From: Candidatus Omnitrophota bacterium
Lineage (GTDB): Bacteria; Omnitrophota; Gorgyraeia; Velamenicoccales; JABMQK01
Reading direction: 5' to 3'
Assembly: GCA_028711115.1 (NCBI GenBank)
Contig: JAQTSV010000001.1
Location: forward strand, 326,032-390,031
Length of the DNA: 64,000 bases
How positions within the stretch are numbered: position 1 is the stretch's first letter; every line of letters begins with the position of its first letter. This document shows, one piece after another, positions 1 through 7,843 of this stretch. Below the pieces are notes generated by a model. It did not search any database. It had not been told where the DNA came from and saw nothing but the letters and a program-made list of their open reading frames with translations. The translations under genes and the position numbers were made by a program.

Positions 1-662
1 AATTAAATAATTGCCCCACGGTGAACGGAAAATCAATTTATGAAATAGCCGATAAAGCAAAAATATTAAACGATGATGTTATCCGCCCATTGAATAATCC
101 ATATCGCAAGGAAGGCGGAATTGCAATTTTATTCGGAAACCTCGCTCCCAAAGGAGCTGTGGTAAAACAGGCGGCGGTGTCGGATGCGATGATGCGTTTC
201 AAAGGCAAAGCAATTTGTTTTAATTCCGAAGAACAGGCTATGCGCGCGATTATGCAAGGCAAAGTTAAGAAAGGCCATGTGGTTGTAATCCGCTACGAAG
301 GCCCCAAAGGCGGCCCGGGAATGCGCGAGATGCTTTCGCCCACGTCCGCGATTGTGGGAATGGGTTTATCCAATAGTGTTGCCCTTATTACCGACGGAAG
401 ATTTTCCGGCGGGACACGCGGGCCCTGTATCGGCCATGTTTCTCCGGAAGCGGCAACTAAAGGTCCGATTGCCATAATTAAAGACGGCGACGGAATTTCT
501 ATTGATATACCAAAAAGAAAATTAGAGCTTTTGATTGATAAAAACACTTTTGCCAAGAGGATGAAATCTTTTAAGCCGATTGCCCCAAAAATAAATAGTG
601 GCTACTTGGCGCGGTATGCTAGAATGGTTACATCCGCTGATAAAGGCGCGGTATTGGAGTAA
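1..662 (+). CDS. ilvD: Dihydroxy-acid dehydratase, C-terminal ~220 aa (gene begins upstream of the window)
   Basis: The frame is open from nt 3, with no stop before the GTG at 21. The translation contains [16 protein letters not shown] and [24 protein letters not shown], which are IlvD/Edd C-terminal signatures. It is followed by ilvB-ilvN-ilvC. Confidence 0.9.
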   Translation, partial: LNNCPTVNGKSIYEIADKAKILNDDVIRPLNNPYRKEGGIAILFGNLAPKGAVVKQAAVSDAMMRFKGKAICFNSEEQAMRAIMQGKVKKGHVVVIRYEGPKGGPGMREMLSPTSAIVGMGLSNSVALITDGRFSGGTRGPCIGHVSPEAATKGPIAIIKDGDGISIDIPKRKLELLIDKNTFAKRMKSFKPIAPKINSGYLARYARMVTSADKGAVLE

Positions 663-739
663 AGTTACCAAAAGTTACTATTAGTTACTAATACATATTA
701 ACAAATGATTATTGTTACCAAAAGTTGCATTTTAGTAAC
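661..739. promoter_or_regulatory. Phased hexamer array. AGTTAC at 663, 673 and 683, TGTTAC at 713 and AGTTGC at 723 all sit on one 10-bp register. An inverted copy GTAACT sits at 734.
   Basis: Read directly from the sequence: AAAGTTACCA/AAAGTTACTA/TTAGTTACTA (661-690) and ATTGTTACCA/AAAGTTGCAT (711-730). The 15-mer GTTACCAAAAGTTAC (664-678) recurs as GTTACCAAAAGTTGC (714-728) exactly 50 bp downstream. The array lies between the ilvD stop (660-662) and the ilvB start (853). A role as operator or other regulatory element is inference only. Confidence 0.45.
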
Positions 740-741
740 TT

Positions 742-840
742 ATAAGTCCGAACTTATCCCCCCTTCTTGCTTTCGCAAGAAAGCAGGGGGGATTAATTCG
801 CCCAGACAACTTACGTTCACTTCGTTCCGTAAGTTGTGGG
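742..840 (+). promoter_or_regulatory. Three consecutive stem-loops in the ilvD-ilvB spacer (possible ilvD terminator and/or structured ilvB leader)
   Basis: Hairpin 1: ATAAGT(742-747)/ACTTAT(752-757). Hairpin 2: CCCCCCTTCTTGC(758-770), loop TTTC, then GCAAGAA(775-781), a bulge AGCA and GGGGGG(786-791). Hairpin 3: CCC-AG-ACAACTTACG(801-815), a 12-nt loop, then CGTAAGTTGT-GGG(828-840). No clean U-tract follows any of them, and no Shine-Dalgarno sequence is evident before ATG 853. Confidence 0.4.
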
Positions 841-852
841 CTCATTAAGACA

Positions 853-2520
853 ATGACTGGCGCACAGATATTTATTGAAGCGTTGAAAAAAGAAAAAGTA
901 GAGGTTATCTTTGGATATCCCGGCGGCCAGGTTCTGCCTATATTCGATAAACTCTATGATTCCGGGCTGCATTTTATTTTGACGCGCCACGAACAAGGCG
1001 CGGCCCACGCGGCCGACGGTTACGCGCGGGCAACCGGAAAAACAGGAGTTTGTATTGCTACTTCAGGCCCGGGCGCAACAAATTTGACAACAGGCATAGC
1101 CAATGCTTATATGGATTCAATCCCTATGGTTGCTTTTACCGGTCAGGTAAAAAGTTTCTTAATCGGTAACGACGCATTTCAGGAAGCGGATATTACCGGT
1201 ATAACGCGTCCGATTACAAAACATAATTATTTAGTAAAAGATGTCAAGGATCTGGCTTGCGTGATTAAAGAGGCATTTCACATCGCCTCGACGGGAAGGC
1301 CGGGCCCTGTGGTTGTGGATATTCCTTCTGATATACAAATGGCGGATACTAATTTCGAATATCCCAATGTTTGCAATATTCGTAGTTATAATCCTACATT
1401 AAAAGGCCATCCCGGCCAGATTAAAAAGGCGGCAAAGGCAATTTCTCAGGCCAAGAAACCCATAATTTATGCCGGCGGAGGCGTAATTATTTCTGAGGCT
1501 TCCGAGGAATTAAACAGATTGGCGGAAAAAATTAAAGCGCCGGTTACCACAACGCTTATGGGCTTGGGCGGATTTAATCAAAGAAGTGAATTGTCTTTGG
1601 GCATGCTGGGTATGCATGGCACAGCTTATGCAAACCACGCGATTATGGGTTCGGATTTGATTATTGCTGTTGGCGCGCGTTTCGATGACAGGGTTACAGG
1701 CAGGCTTGATGCATTTGCGCCGCACGCCCAGATTATCCATATTGATATTGATCCTTCGTCCATCAGTAAAAATATAAAAGTCCATATTCCGATAGTGGGA
1801 GACGCGAAGAATATTTTAAGAGAATTAATCGATGAGATAAAAAAAGTTCCGGATACGTCGCACTGGCTTGGCACGGTAAAAGGATGGAAGGAAAAGTATC
1901 CTTTGCGCTACAGCAATAATACCGACAAGATTAAGCCACAGTATGTTATCGAGAAAATCTGCGAAATCACAAAAGGCCAGGCCATAATCTGCACGGAAGT
2001 CGGCCAGAACCAGATGTGGGCAGCTCAGTATTATACGTATACAAAACCCAGGACGTTTATTTCAAGCGGAGGTTTAGGTACGATGGGTTTTGGCCTTCCG
2101 GCGGCAATGGGCGTCAAGTCTGGTTGCCCCGATAAAATTGTTTTTGATATCGCCGGAGACGGTTCAATTCAGATGAATATTCAGGAACTTATGACTTGCG
2201 TCGCTGAAAAGTTAAATGTAAAAATCGCCATTTTAAACAATGGGTATTTAGGTATGGTCAGGCAGTGGCAGGAGCTTTTTTACAAAAAAAGATATTCCCA
2301 GACTACTTTGGTCAATCCTGATTTTGTGAAATTGGCCGAGGCTTACGGCGCAAAAGGCATACGTGTGTCAAAAAAAGAAGAAGTGGAAAAGGCGATAGTC
2401 CAGGCCATAGAAATCGATAATGTGGTTATGATTGATTTTATCGTCGAGCCGGAGGAAAATGTTTTTCCTATGGTTCCGGCTGGTGAGGCCATTAACAGTA
2501 TGATTGAGGGTTTGGCATAA
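853..2520 (+). CDS. ilvB: Acetolactate synthase (acetohydroxyacid synthase) large catalytic subunit, ThDP-dependent
   Basis: 555 aa. Motifs: [32 protein letters not shown] and the ThDP motif [14 protein letters not shown]...[12 protein letters not shown]. The small subunit gene follows with a TAATG overlap. Confidence 0.95.
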   Translation: MTGAQIFIEALKKEKVEVIFGYPGGQVLPIFDKLYDSGLHFILTRHEQGAAHAADGYARATGKTGVCIATSGPGATNLTTGIANAYMDSIPMVAFTGQVKSFLIGNDAFQEADITGITRPITKHNYLVKDVKDLACVIKEAFHIASTGRPGPVVVDIPSDIQMADTNFEYPNVCNIRSYNPTLKGHPGQIKKAAKAISQAKKPIIYAGGGVIISEASEELNRLAEKIKAPVTTTLMGLGGFNQRSELSLGMLGMHGTAYANHAIMGSDLIIAVGARFDDRVTGRLDAFAPHAQIIHIDIDPSSISKNIKVHIPIVGDAKNILRELIDEIKKVPDTSHWLGTVKGWKEKYPLRYSNNTDKIKPQYVIEKICEITKGQAIICTEVGQNQMWAAQYYTYTKPRTFISSGGLGTMGFGLPAAMGVKSGCPDKIVFDIAGDGSIQMNIQELMTCVAEKLNVKIAILNNGYLGMVRQWQELFYKKRYSQTTLVNPDFVKLAEAYGAKGIRVSKKEEVEKAIVQAIEIDNVVMIDFIVEPEENVFPMVPAGEAINSMIEGLA

Positions 2521-2993
2521 TGCGCCACACGATTTCAGTATTGGTTGAAAATAAATTCGGCGTGCTTGCGCGTATAGCGGGATTATTCAGCGCGCGCGGA
2601 TTTAATATTGATTCTTTGGCAGTTGGCGAAACGCAAGATCCGGCTGTTTCCTGTATGACCATAGTCGTCAACGCCGAAGACGAAAGAATATTGGAACAGA
2701 TTAAAAAGCAGCTCCATAAATTGATTGATATTATCACGGTTATTGACCTTACCAAAAAAGAGTTCTTTGAAAGAGAGCTTGTTTTGGTAAAGGTTTCTTT
2801 GGATAAGTCCAATAAGGCGAATTTAGAAAAAATTGCGCATAAGTTTAACGCAGAAATTCTGCATAGCGATAAAGAAAGTGCGATTATCGAGGCAGCCCTG
2901 GAAGAGAAAAATATAGAAGAGTTTCTTTCTGTTTTAAAGGAATTCGGCATAAAACAACTGGTGCGGACCGGCAAGATAGCTATACCTAAATAA
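2520..2993 (+). CDS. ilvN: Acetolactate synthase small (regulatory) subunit, ACT domain
   Basis: 157 aa. HTISVLVENKFGVLARIAGLFSARGFNIDSLAVG is the typical IlvH/IlvN ACT N-terminus. The start overlaps the ilvB stop. Confidence 0.9.
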   Translation: MRHTISVLVENKFGVLARIAGLFSARGFNIDSLAVGETQDPAVSCMTIVVNAEDERILEQIKKQLHKLIDIITVIDLTKKEFFERELVLVKVSLDKSNKANLEKIAHKFNAEILHSDKESAIIEAALEEKNIEEFLSVLKEFGIKQLVRTGKIAIPK

Positions 2994-3031
2994 TATTTTG
3001 GTTAGAGCACAATAACCAGGCGAGGTGTAAT

Positions 3032-3691
3032 ATGAAAAAACAAATTACACTGTTAATAGCAGCGGTTTTTGTTTCTATTTTGCTCAGCGTGTCTTTTTCT
3101 CTTGCTGAGGAAAGAATTACGCTTACTACCTATTATCCTGCGCCTTACGGAATCTACAAAGAACTCCGTGCAGACCAGATGGCAGTAGGAAGTGCTTATA
3201 GAAATTCGGCACTCAATAATGGAACACTCATTGTCTCTGGTAAAGTCGGCATTGGCACGGATAATCCAACCGCAATGTTGCATGTAGCTGGCGCTGGTGG
3301 TTCTTTCCGTTTAGAAAGGACATATCCGCCTGAATGGTTAAGTGGGATGAATTTTTCTTTTCCCAGTGGTTACCCTACTATATATTCAGATACTGGTGAT
3401 CAATTAAGATTTGGAGTTAACGGTAGCGCTACGCCAGTTATAACGATTGCATCTACCGGCAACGTCGGCATTGGTACACCAAGCCCGGCGGCAAAATTAC
3501 ATGTTGCAGGAACCACCCAATTTGACGGTGATGTTTCAGGTTTAGAGCTTGAATTTTACAACTGTACTACATACAGCGTAAGCGGTGGAGGTAGTTGTGG
3601 GGATAACAAAGTAGTAACAAATATATACTCAAATGGTGGCGACTGGGGCGGCGGCGATACTTTCACGTGTTGTAATGTAAGAGTAAAGTAG
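3032..3691 (+). CDS. Secreted hypothetical protein with two G-x-VGIGT-x-x-P-x-A-x-LHVAG repeats and a Cys/Gly-rich C-terminus
   Basis: 219 aa. SD GAGGTG at 3022-3027. Signal peptide KKQITLLIAAVFVSILLSVSFSLA/EE. Repeats GKVGIGTDNPTAMLHVAG (nt 3239-3292) and GNVGIGTPSPAAKLHVAG (nt 3458-3511). C-terminus: CTTYSVSGGGSCGDNKV...GGDTFTCCNVRVK. I do not recognise a characterised family. Confidence 0.7.
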   Translation: MKKQITLLIAAVFVSILLSVSFSLAEERITLTTYYPAPYGIYKELRADQMAVGSAYRNSALNNGTLIVSGKVGIGTDNPTAMLHVAGAGGSFRLERTYPPEWLSGMNFSFPSGYPTIYSDTGDQLRFGVNGSATPVITIASTGNVGIGTPSPAAKLHVAGTTQFDGDVSGLELEFYNCTTYSVSGGGSCGDNKVVTNIYSNGGDWGGGDTFTCCNVRVK

Positions 3692-3700
3692 AGTAAAGTA
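3681..3700 (+). repeat. Perfect 10-bp tandem duplication GAGTAAAGTA x2 spanning the stop codon of the 3032-3691 ORF
   Basis: Read directly: gagtaaagta gagtaaagta at 3681-3700. The stop TAG is at 3689-3691. Confidence 0.9.
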
Positions 3701-3754
3701 GAAATCAAGAGGGATATTTAAAGTTAATTCAATTAATAATTTGAGGAGGAAAAA

Positions 3755-4756
3755 ATGCTGAAAATTTATTATGACAAAGATGCGGATTTGGGGATTTTGA
3801 AAGACAAAACCGTGGCGATTATCGGATACGGAATTCAGGGTAGAGGACAATCTCTGTGTTTGCGCGATTCGGGAATTAACGTAATTGTTTCTGAACTTGA
3901 GGGAACACAGAATTACGAACAGGCAAAGAAAGATGGTTTTACTCCAATGAACGTAGCTGAAGCAGCGCAGAAAGCCGATATCATTCAGATTCTTACTCAG
4001 GATCATGTCCAGGCAAAAGTGTATAACGAAGCCATAAAGCCCAATTTAAAAAAAGGCAAATCTTTATGTTTTTCCCACGGGTTTAACATAAGGTTTAAAC
4101 AGATAAAGCCGCCCAAAAAAGTGGATGTGTTTATGGTGGCGCCAAAAGGCCCGGGCGCATTAGTAAGAAAGATGTACGAAGAAGGAAAAGGCGTTCCGTC
4201 GCTGGTTGCAATATTTCAGGATGCAAGCGGCGATGCCTTAAAAATCGCTTTGGCTTATGCCAAGGCAATTGGCGCGACAAGGGCAGGCGTAATTGAGACT
4301 ACTTTTGAGGAAGAAACCGAAACAGACCTTTTCGGCGAACAGGCAGTCCTTTGCGGCGGAGTTACGGAATTAATCAAGGCCGGTTTTGATACATTGGTGG
4401 AAGCCGGTTATCAGCCCGAGATTGCTTATTTTGAAGTTTTGCACGAATTAAAATTAATTACCGATTTAATTCAGGAAACAGGAATTTCCGGAATGCGCCG
4501 CAGAGTTTCCAATACCGCTTGTTACGGAGATTTAACGCGGGGCCCTATGATTGTCAATCAGAAGACAAGAAAGATAATGAAGAAAATATTAAAAGAAATT
4601 AAATCCGGGAAATTCGCGCGCGAATGGATTAAAGAGAATGAAACCGGCAGAGCCAATTTTGACAGATTATTAAAGCAGGGCGACGAGCATCAGATTGAGG
4701 CAGTTGGTAAAAAACTTCGTGAGATGATGCCTTGGATGCGTAGCGAACGAAAGTGA
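3755..4756 (+). CDS. ilvC: Ketol-acid reductoisomerase (NADP+), class I
   Basis: 333 aa. SD GAGGAGG at 3743-3749. Motifs: [19 protein letters not shown] (Rossmann), [20 protein letters not shown]. Confidence 0.95.
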   Translation: MLKIYYDKDADLGILKDKTVAIIGYGIQGRGQSLCLRDSGINVIVSELEGTQNYEQAKKDGFTPMNVAEAAQKADIIQILTQDHVQAKVYNEAIKPNLKKGKSLCFSHGFNIRFKQIKPPKKVDVFMVAPKGPGALVRKMYEEGKGVPSLVAIFQDASGDALKIALAYAKAIGATRAGVIETTFEEETETDLFGEQAVLCGGVTELIKAGFDTLVEAGYQPEIAYFEVLHELKLITDLIQETGISGMRRRVSNTACYGDLTRGPMIVNQKTRKIMKKILKEIKSGKFAREWIKENETGRANFDRLLKQGDEHQIEAVGKKLREMMPWMRSERK

Positions 4757-4762
4757 GTGGAG

Positions 4763-4810
4763 TCCTCCTTGTTTAGATTTCGAGGTGTTAACCGAGAAAT
4801 CTAAGGAGGA
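4763..4810 (+). promoter_or_regulatory. Stem-loop pairing TCCTCCTT with AAGGAGGA, downstream of ilvC
   Basis: TCCTCCTT(4763-4770) pairs with AAGGAGGA(4803-4810). AGATTTC(4775-4781) pairs with GAAATCT(4796-4802). There is a 4-nt bulge and a ~14-nt loop. No U-tract follows and no start codon follows the SD-like arm. Confidence 0.4.
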
Positions 4811-4824
4811 AAGAAAACGTAAAA

Positions 4825-4859
4825 AAGTTTTAAGTTTAAAAGTTTAACGTTTGAAGTTT
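4825..4859 (+). repeat. Five tandem 7-8-nt units with core AAGTTT (AAGTTTT AAGTTTAA AAGTTTA ACGTTTG AAGTTT) immediately upstream of the leuA SD
   Basis: Cores start at 4825, 4832, 4840, 4847 (ACGTTT) and 4854. GAGG at 4861-4864 and ATG at 4874 follow. Confidence 0.6.
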
Positions 4860-4873
4860 TGAGGTCAACAGAT

Positions 4874-6382
4874 ATGGAAAAAATTATTATTTTTGACACG
4901 ACTCTAAGAGACGGCGAGCAGGCGCCGGGCGCAAGTTTAAATCAAAAAGAAAAGTTAGAGATTGCACATCAGCTTGTGCATGTAGGCGTAGATATTATTG
5001 AAGCAGGATTTCCCGTTTCTTCCAAGGGCGATTTTGAGTCGGTGAGACTGGTTGCTTCCAAAGTTAAGGGTGCGACCATTTGCGGCCTGGCCCGTTGTCT
5101 GAAAAAAGACATAGACGCAGCCTATCAGGCCATAAAGATAGCAAAGTCTAATTGTCGTATACACATATTTTTGGCCACGTCCAAAATCCACATGAAGTAT
5201 AAACTGAAAAAGACAGAGGACGAGGTGTTGAAATTAGCCATAGAAGCTGTGCGTTACGCAAAAAGCAAAACCAAAGATGTTGAATTTTCAGCAGAAGACG
5301 CCACGCGTTCTGAGAGAGAATTTCTTTACAGGATAATTGAGAGAGCAATCGACGAAGGCGCAACCACCGTGAATATTCCCGATACTGTGGGTTATTCTGA
5401 TCCGGAGGAATTCGGCTCTTTGATTAGCGATATAAAAAATAACGTTTCCAATATCGACAAGGCGGTAATTTCTGTCCATTGCCATAATGATTTGGGTCTG
5501 GCTGTGGCGAATTCGTTGGCAGCGATTAAGAACGGTGCGCGGCAGGTCGAATGCACAATTAACGGAATCGGAGAACGCGCAGGCAATGCCTCGATGGAAG
5601 AATTGGTTATGGCCATTAAGACACGCCATGATATATTTTCCGGTGTAGATTCTTCGATTAATACAAAAGAACTCTATAAGACTTCGCGCCTGGTGAGCAG
5701 GCTCACGGGATTTGTAGTTGCCCCCAATAAGGCCATCGTCGGGTTGAATGCATTCCGCCACGAATCAGGCATACATCAGGACGGTGTCTTGAAGGAAAAA
5801 CAGACTTACGAAATAATAAAACCGCAGGATGTGGGTTTTATGGAGTCAGGAATTGTTTTGGGTAAACACTCCGGCCGTCATGCCTTTTCGGCGAGATTGC
5901 AATCACTGGGTGTGAAATTGCCGCAGAATAAACTGGATAATGCCTTTGAGAAATTCAAGGCACTGGCAGATAAGAAGAAGACAGTTTACGATGAGGATTT
6001 ATTTTCCATCGTGGAAGAAGAAATAAAGGTTACGCCGAAAGTATGGCAGCTGATTGAATTCAAAGTTTCTTCCGGGACGGGAATGGCTCCCCAGGCCGCA
6101 ATAAAATTAAAGTCCAAAGGAAAAATTCATACCGCCATATCCAGCGGCGACGGCCCAGTCGATGCCTGCTATAAGGCGATTGAGAAAATAATAAGAATAA
6201 AAGCAAAGCTTCTTGATTATCATATCGATTCAGTTACTTCAGGAAAAGATGCCTTAGGCGAGGTGAATGTGAAAATCAGTGCTAAAAACAAATCCGTAAT
6301 TGGCAGAACAGCCAGCACCGATATTATCGAGGCATCTGTCAAGGCCTATATAGAGGCAATCAATAAAATAGCCGCCAAATAA
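4874..6382 (+). CDS. leuA: 2-isopropylmalate synthase (long form with C-terminal LeuA dimerisation/regulatory domain)
   Basis: [35 protein letters not shown] and [11 protein letters not shown], plus a ~120-aa C-terminal regulatory domain. I prefer ATG 4874 (SD GAGG at 4861) over the TTG at 4859 given in the ORF track. Confidence 0.92.
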   Translation: MEKIIIFDTTLRDGEQAPGASLNQKEKLEIAHQLVHVGVDIIEAGFPVSSKGDFESVRLVASKVKGATICGLARCLKKDIDAAYQAIKIAKSNCRIHIFLATSKIHMKYKLKKTEDEVLKLAIEAVRYAKSKTKDVEFSAEDATRSEREFLYRIIERAIDEGATTVNIPDTVGYSDPEEFGSLISDIKNNVSNIDKAVISVHCHNDLGLAVANSLAAIKNGARQVECTINGIGERAGNASMEELVMAIKTRHDIFSGVDSSINTKELYKTSRLVSRLTGFVVAPNKAIVGLNAFRHESGIHQDGVLKEKQTYEIIKPQDVGFMESGIVLGKHSGRHAFSARLQSLGVKLPQNKLDNAFEKFKALADKKKTVYDEDLFSIVEEEIKVTPKVWQLIEFKVSSGTGMAPQAAIKLKSKGKIHTAISSGDGPVDACYKAIEKIIRIKAKLLDYHIDSVTSGKDALGEVNVKISAKNKSVIGRTASTDIIEASVKAYIEAINKIAAK

Positions 6383-6966
6383 TGCAAGATAACATTGGTA
6401 TTTTTGTATTGGGCATTAGCGTGGTAGTAATTTTGACTGTAGCTGTACGGCAGAATTTATTTCGCGACGTCAATGATATGATTACTACGCTTAAAATAGG
6501 AAGACATAATGTGGAATATCAGCTTGCTCCGGACAGGCGTAAACCTATAGTGCTCACAGATAAAGAGATGGGTTTAAAACAATTGCATCCGTCGTTCTTT
6601 GGCAGTTTTAACAGAGAAGACTGGCAGGAGTTCTGGGATATAATTTACGGCGTGCATCCTTTGATAAAATTCAGCAATGAGAAATTAGCAGGTGCGGGGA
6701 GGAATTATTCCATAGCAGAAATACAGGAAGTATTAGTCAGGCGTTACCCCGAAGGATTCTCGGGATTTAACGCAGAACAGTGGAAAATTTTCTGGAAAGA
6801 AATTTTTGGTATCATTGATTACAAAATACAAATTCCCAGCCAGGATGAATGGGTCGAAAAACAAAGAGACAAATCCGACAGGAGATTGGATAAAAAGATT
6901 AAACAGGACGATGAGAAGATTTCCGCTACCATTCAAGGCGCAAAAAAAGAAATAGGGGTAGAGTAG
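6382..6966 (+). CDS. Hypothetical membrane-anchored protein with an internal duplicated F-x-(G/S)-F-N-x-E-x-W-x-x-F-W motif
   Basis: 194 aa. N-terminal TM segment IGIFVLGISVVVILTVAV. Repeats FGSFNREDWQEFWDIIYG (nt ~6598-6651) and FSGFNAEQWKIFWKEIFG (nt ~6757-6810). The C-terminus is charged. The start overlaps the leuA stop (TAATG). Confidence 0.6.
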   Translation: MQDNIGIFVLGISVVVILTVAVRQNLFRDVNDMITTLKIGRHNVEYQLAPDRRKPIVLTDKEMGLKQLHPSFFGSFNREDWQEFWDIIYGVHPLIKFSNEKLAGAGRNYSIAEIQEVLVRRYPEGFSGFNAEQWKIFWKEIFGIIDYKIQIPSQDEWVEKQRDKSDRRLDKKIKQDDEKISATIQGAKKEIGVE

Positions 6967-6976
6967 TTTTTAAATA

Positions 6977-7843
6977 ATGAACGGAGAAAAGAGAATATTC
7001 GGCTTAATCGGTTATCCCGTCAAACACAGCCTCTCACCGGCAATGCACAACGCTGGCTTCCGGTATCTCAAAGCCCGCAAAGAAATAAACTACGACGCAG
7101 AATATAAATTATTCGAAGTCAAACCCGAGGATTTGGATAATTTCCTGAATTCTTTGGAAGAAAAAAATATTTACGGCCTGAATGTGACGATTCCGCATAA
7201 AGAAAAAGCCCTTAGTTTTGTAGAGCTCGGAGAAGATTCATCTTGTTTAGAGCAAATTAAAGCCATAAATACTATAGTAAAAAAAGATAATGTTTGGACG
7301 GGTTATAATACGGATATTCCGGGTTTTTCCAGGCACTTAAAAGAAAATATCGACCCTTTGAATAAAAAAGTAGCCATATTGGGCGCTGGCGGCGCAGGAA
7401 AAGCTGTTAGCTATGCAATTGCCAATTCCAAAGCAAAAGAAATTTCTATTTACGATATTGATAAGAATAAAGTAAAAAATATAATAGAAATGATAAATAA
7501 AATATTTGAGGGTTTTGATATAAAATCAGCCGATTCTATTGAACAGCTAAATATTCCGGATAAAGATATACTTATAAATGCAACGCCGGTAGGGATGGAA
7601 GATGCGGACGTTTGTTTGATTAGCGAAAAGATGCTGCATAAGAATTTATTTGTTTATGACCTTATTTATAATCCATCCGAGACAAAATTATTGAAATTAG
7701 CAAAAAAGGTCGGAGCAAAAACCGCTAACGGTTTAAAAATGCTTTTATACCAGGGTATGCTTTCTTTTGAAATATGGACAGGTAAAAAAGCACCAAAGGA
7801 GGAAATGTGGCAGGCTTTATCTTCTCAAATTTCGATAAAGTAG
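6977..7843 (+). CDS. aroE: Shikimate 5-dehydrogenase
   Basis: 288 aa. Motifs: GLIGYPVKHSLSPAMHNAGF, NVTIPHKE, NTDIPGF, GAGGAGKAV. Confidence 0.9.
   Translation: MNGEKRIFGLIGYPVKHSLSPAMHNAGFRYLKARKEINYDAEYKLFEVKPEDLDNFLNSLEEKNIYGLNVTIPHKEKALSFVELGEDSSCLEQIKAINTIVKKDNVWTGYNTDIPGFSRHLKENIDPLNKKVAILGAGGAGKAVSYAIANSKAKEISIYDIDKNKVKNIIEMINKIFEGFDIKSADSIEQLNIPDKDILINATPVGMEDADVCLISEKMLHKNLFVYDLIYNPSETKLLKLAKKVGAKTANGLKMLLYQGMLSFEIWTGKKAPKEEMWQALSSQISIK

Noticed and set aside
817-1008. 63-aa minus-strand ORF overlapping the ilvB start and hairpin 3.
   Set aside because: Most of it is antisense to the conserved ilvB N-terminus, and it has no SD. A divergent regulator is not supported.
3681-3700. 10-bp perfect tandem duplication across a stop codon, considered as a slipped-strand switch altering the C-terminus of the 3032-3691 protein.
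   Set aside because: Removing or adding one 10-bp unit still leaves ...AGA GTA AAG TAG in frame, so the protein is unchanged. It is probably just a small duplication in the spacer.
4803-4822. AAGGAGGA considered as the RBS of an unannotated small ORF or leader peptide upstream of leuA.
   Set aside because: No ATG, GTG or TTG lies at a suitable distance; the following sequence is AAGAAAACGTAA. The SD-like arm is better explained as half of the 4763-4810 hairpin.
4859-4873. Upstream non-ATG starts given by the ORF track for several genes (4859, 9755, 13413, 22486, 31633, 56455, 61991).
   Set aside because: In each case an internal ATG with a better SD, a better N-terminal motif position or a better fit to the upstream stop is available (4874, 9791, 13419, 22555, 31735, 56458, 62027). 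The extensions would overlap upstream genes or promoter elements.
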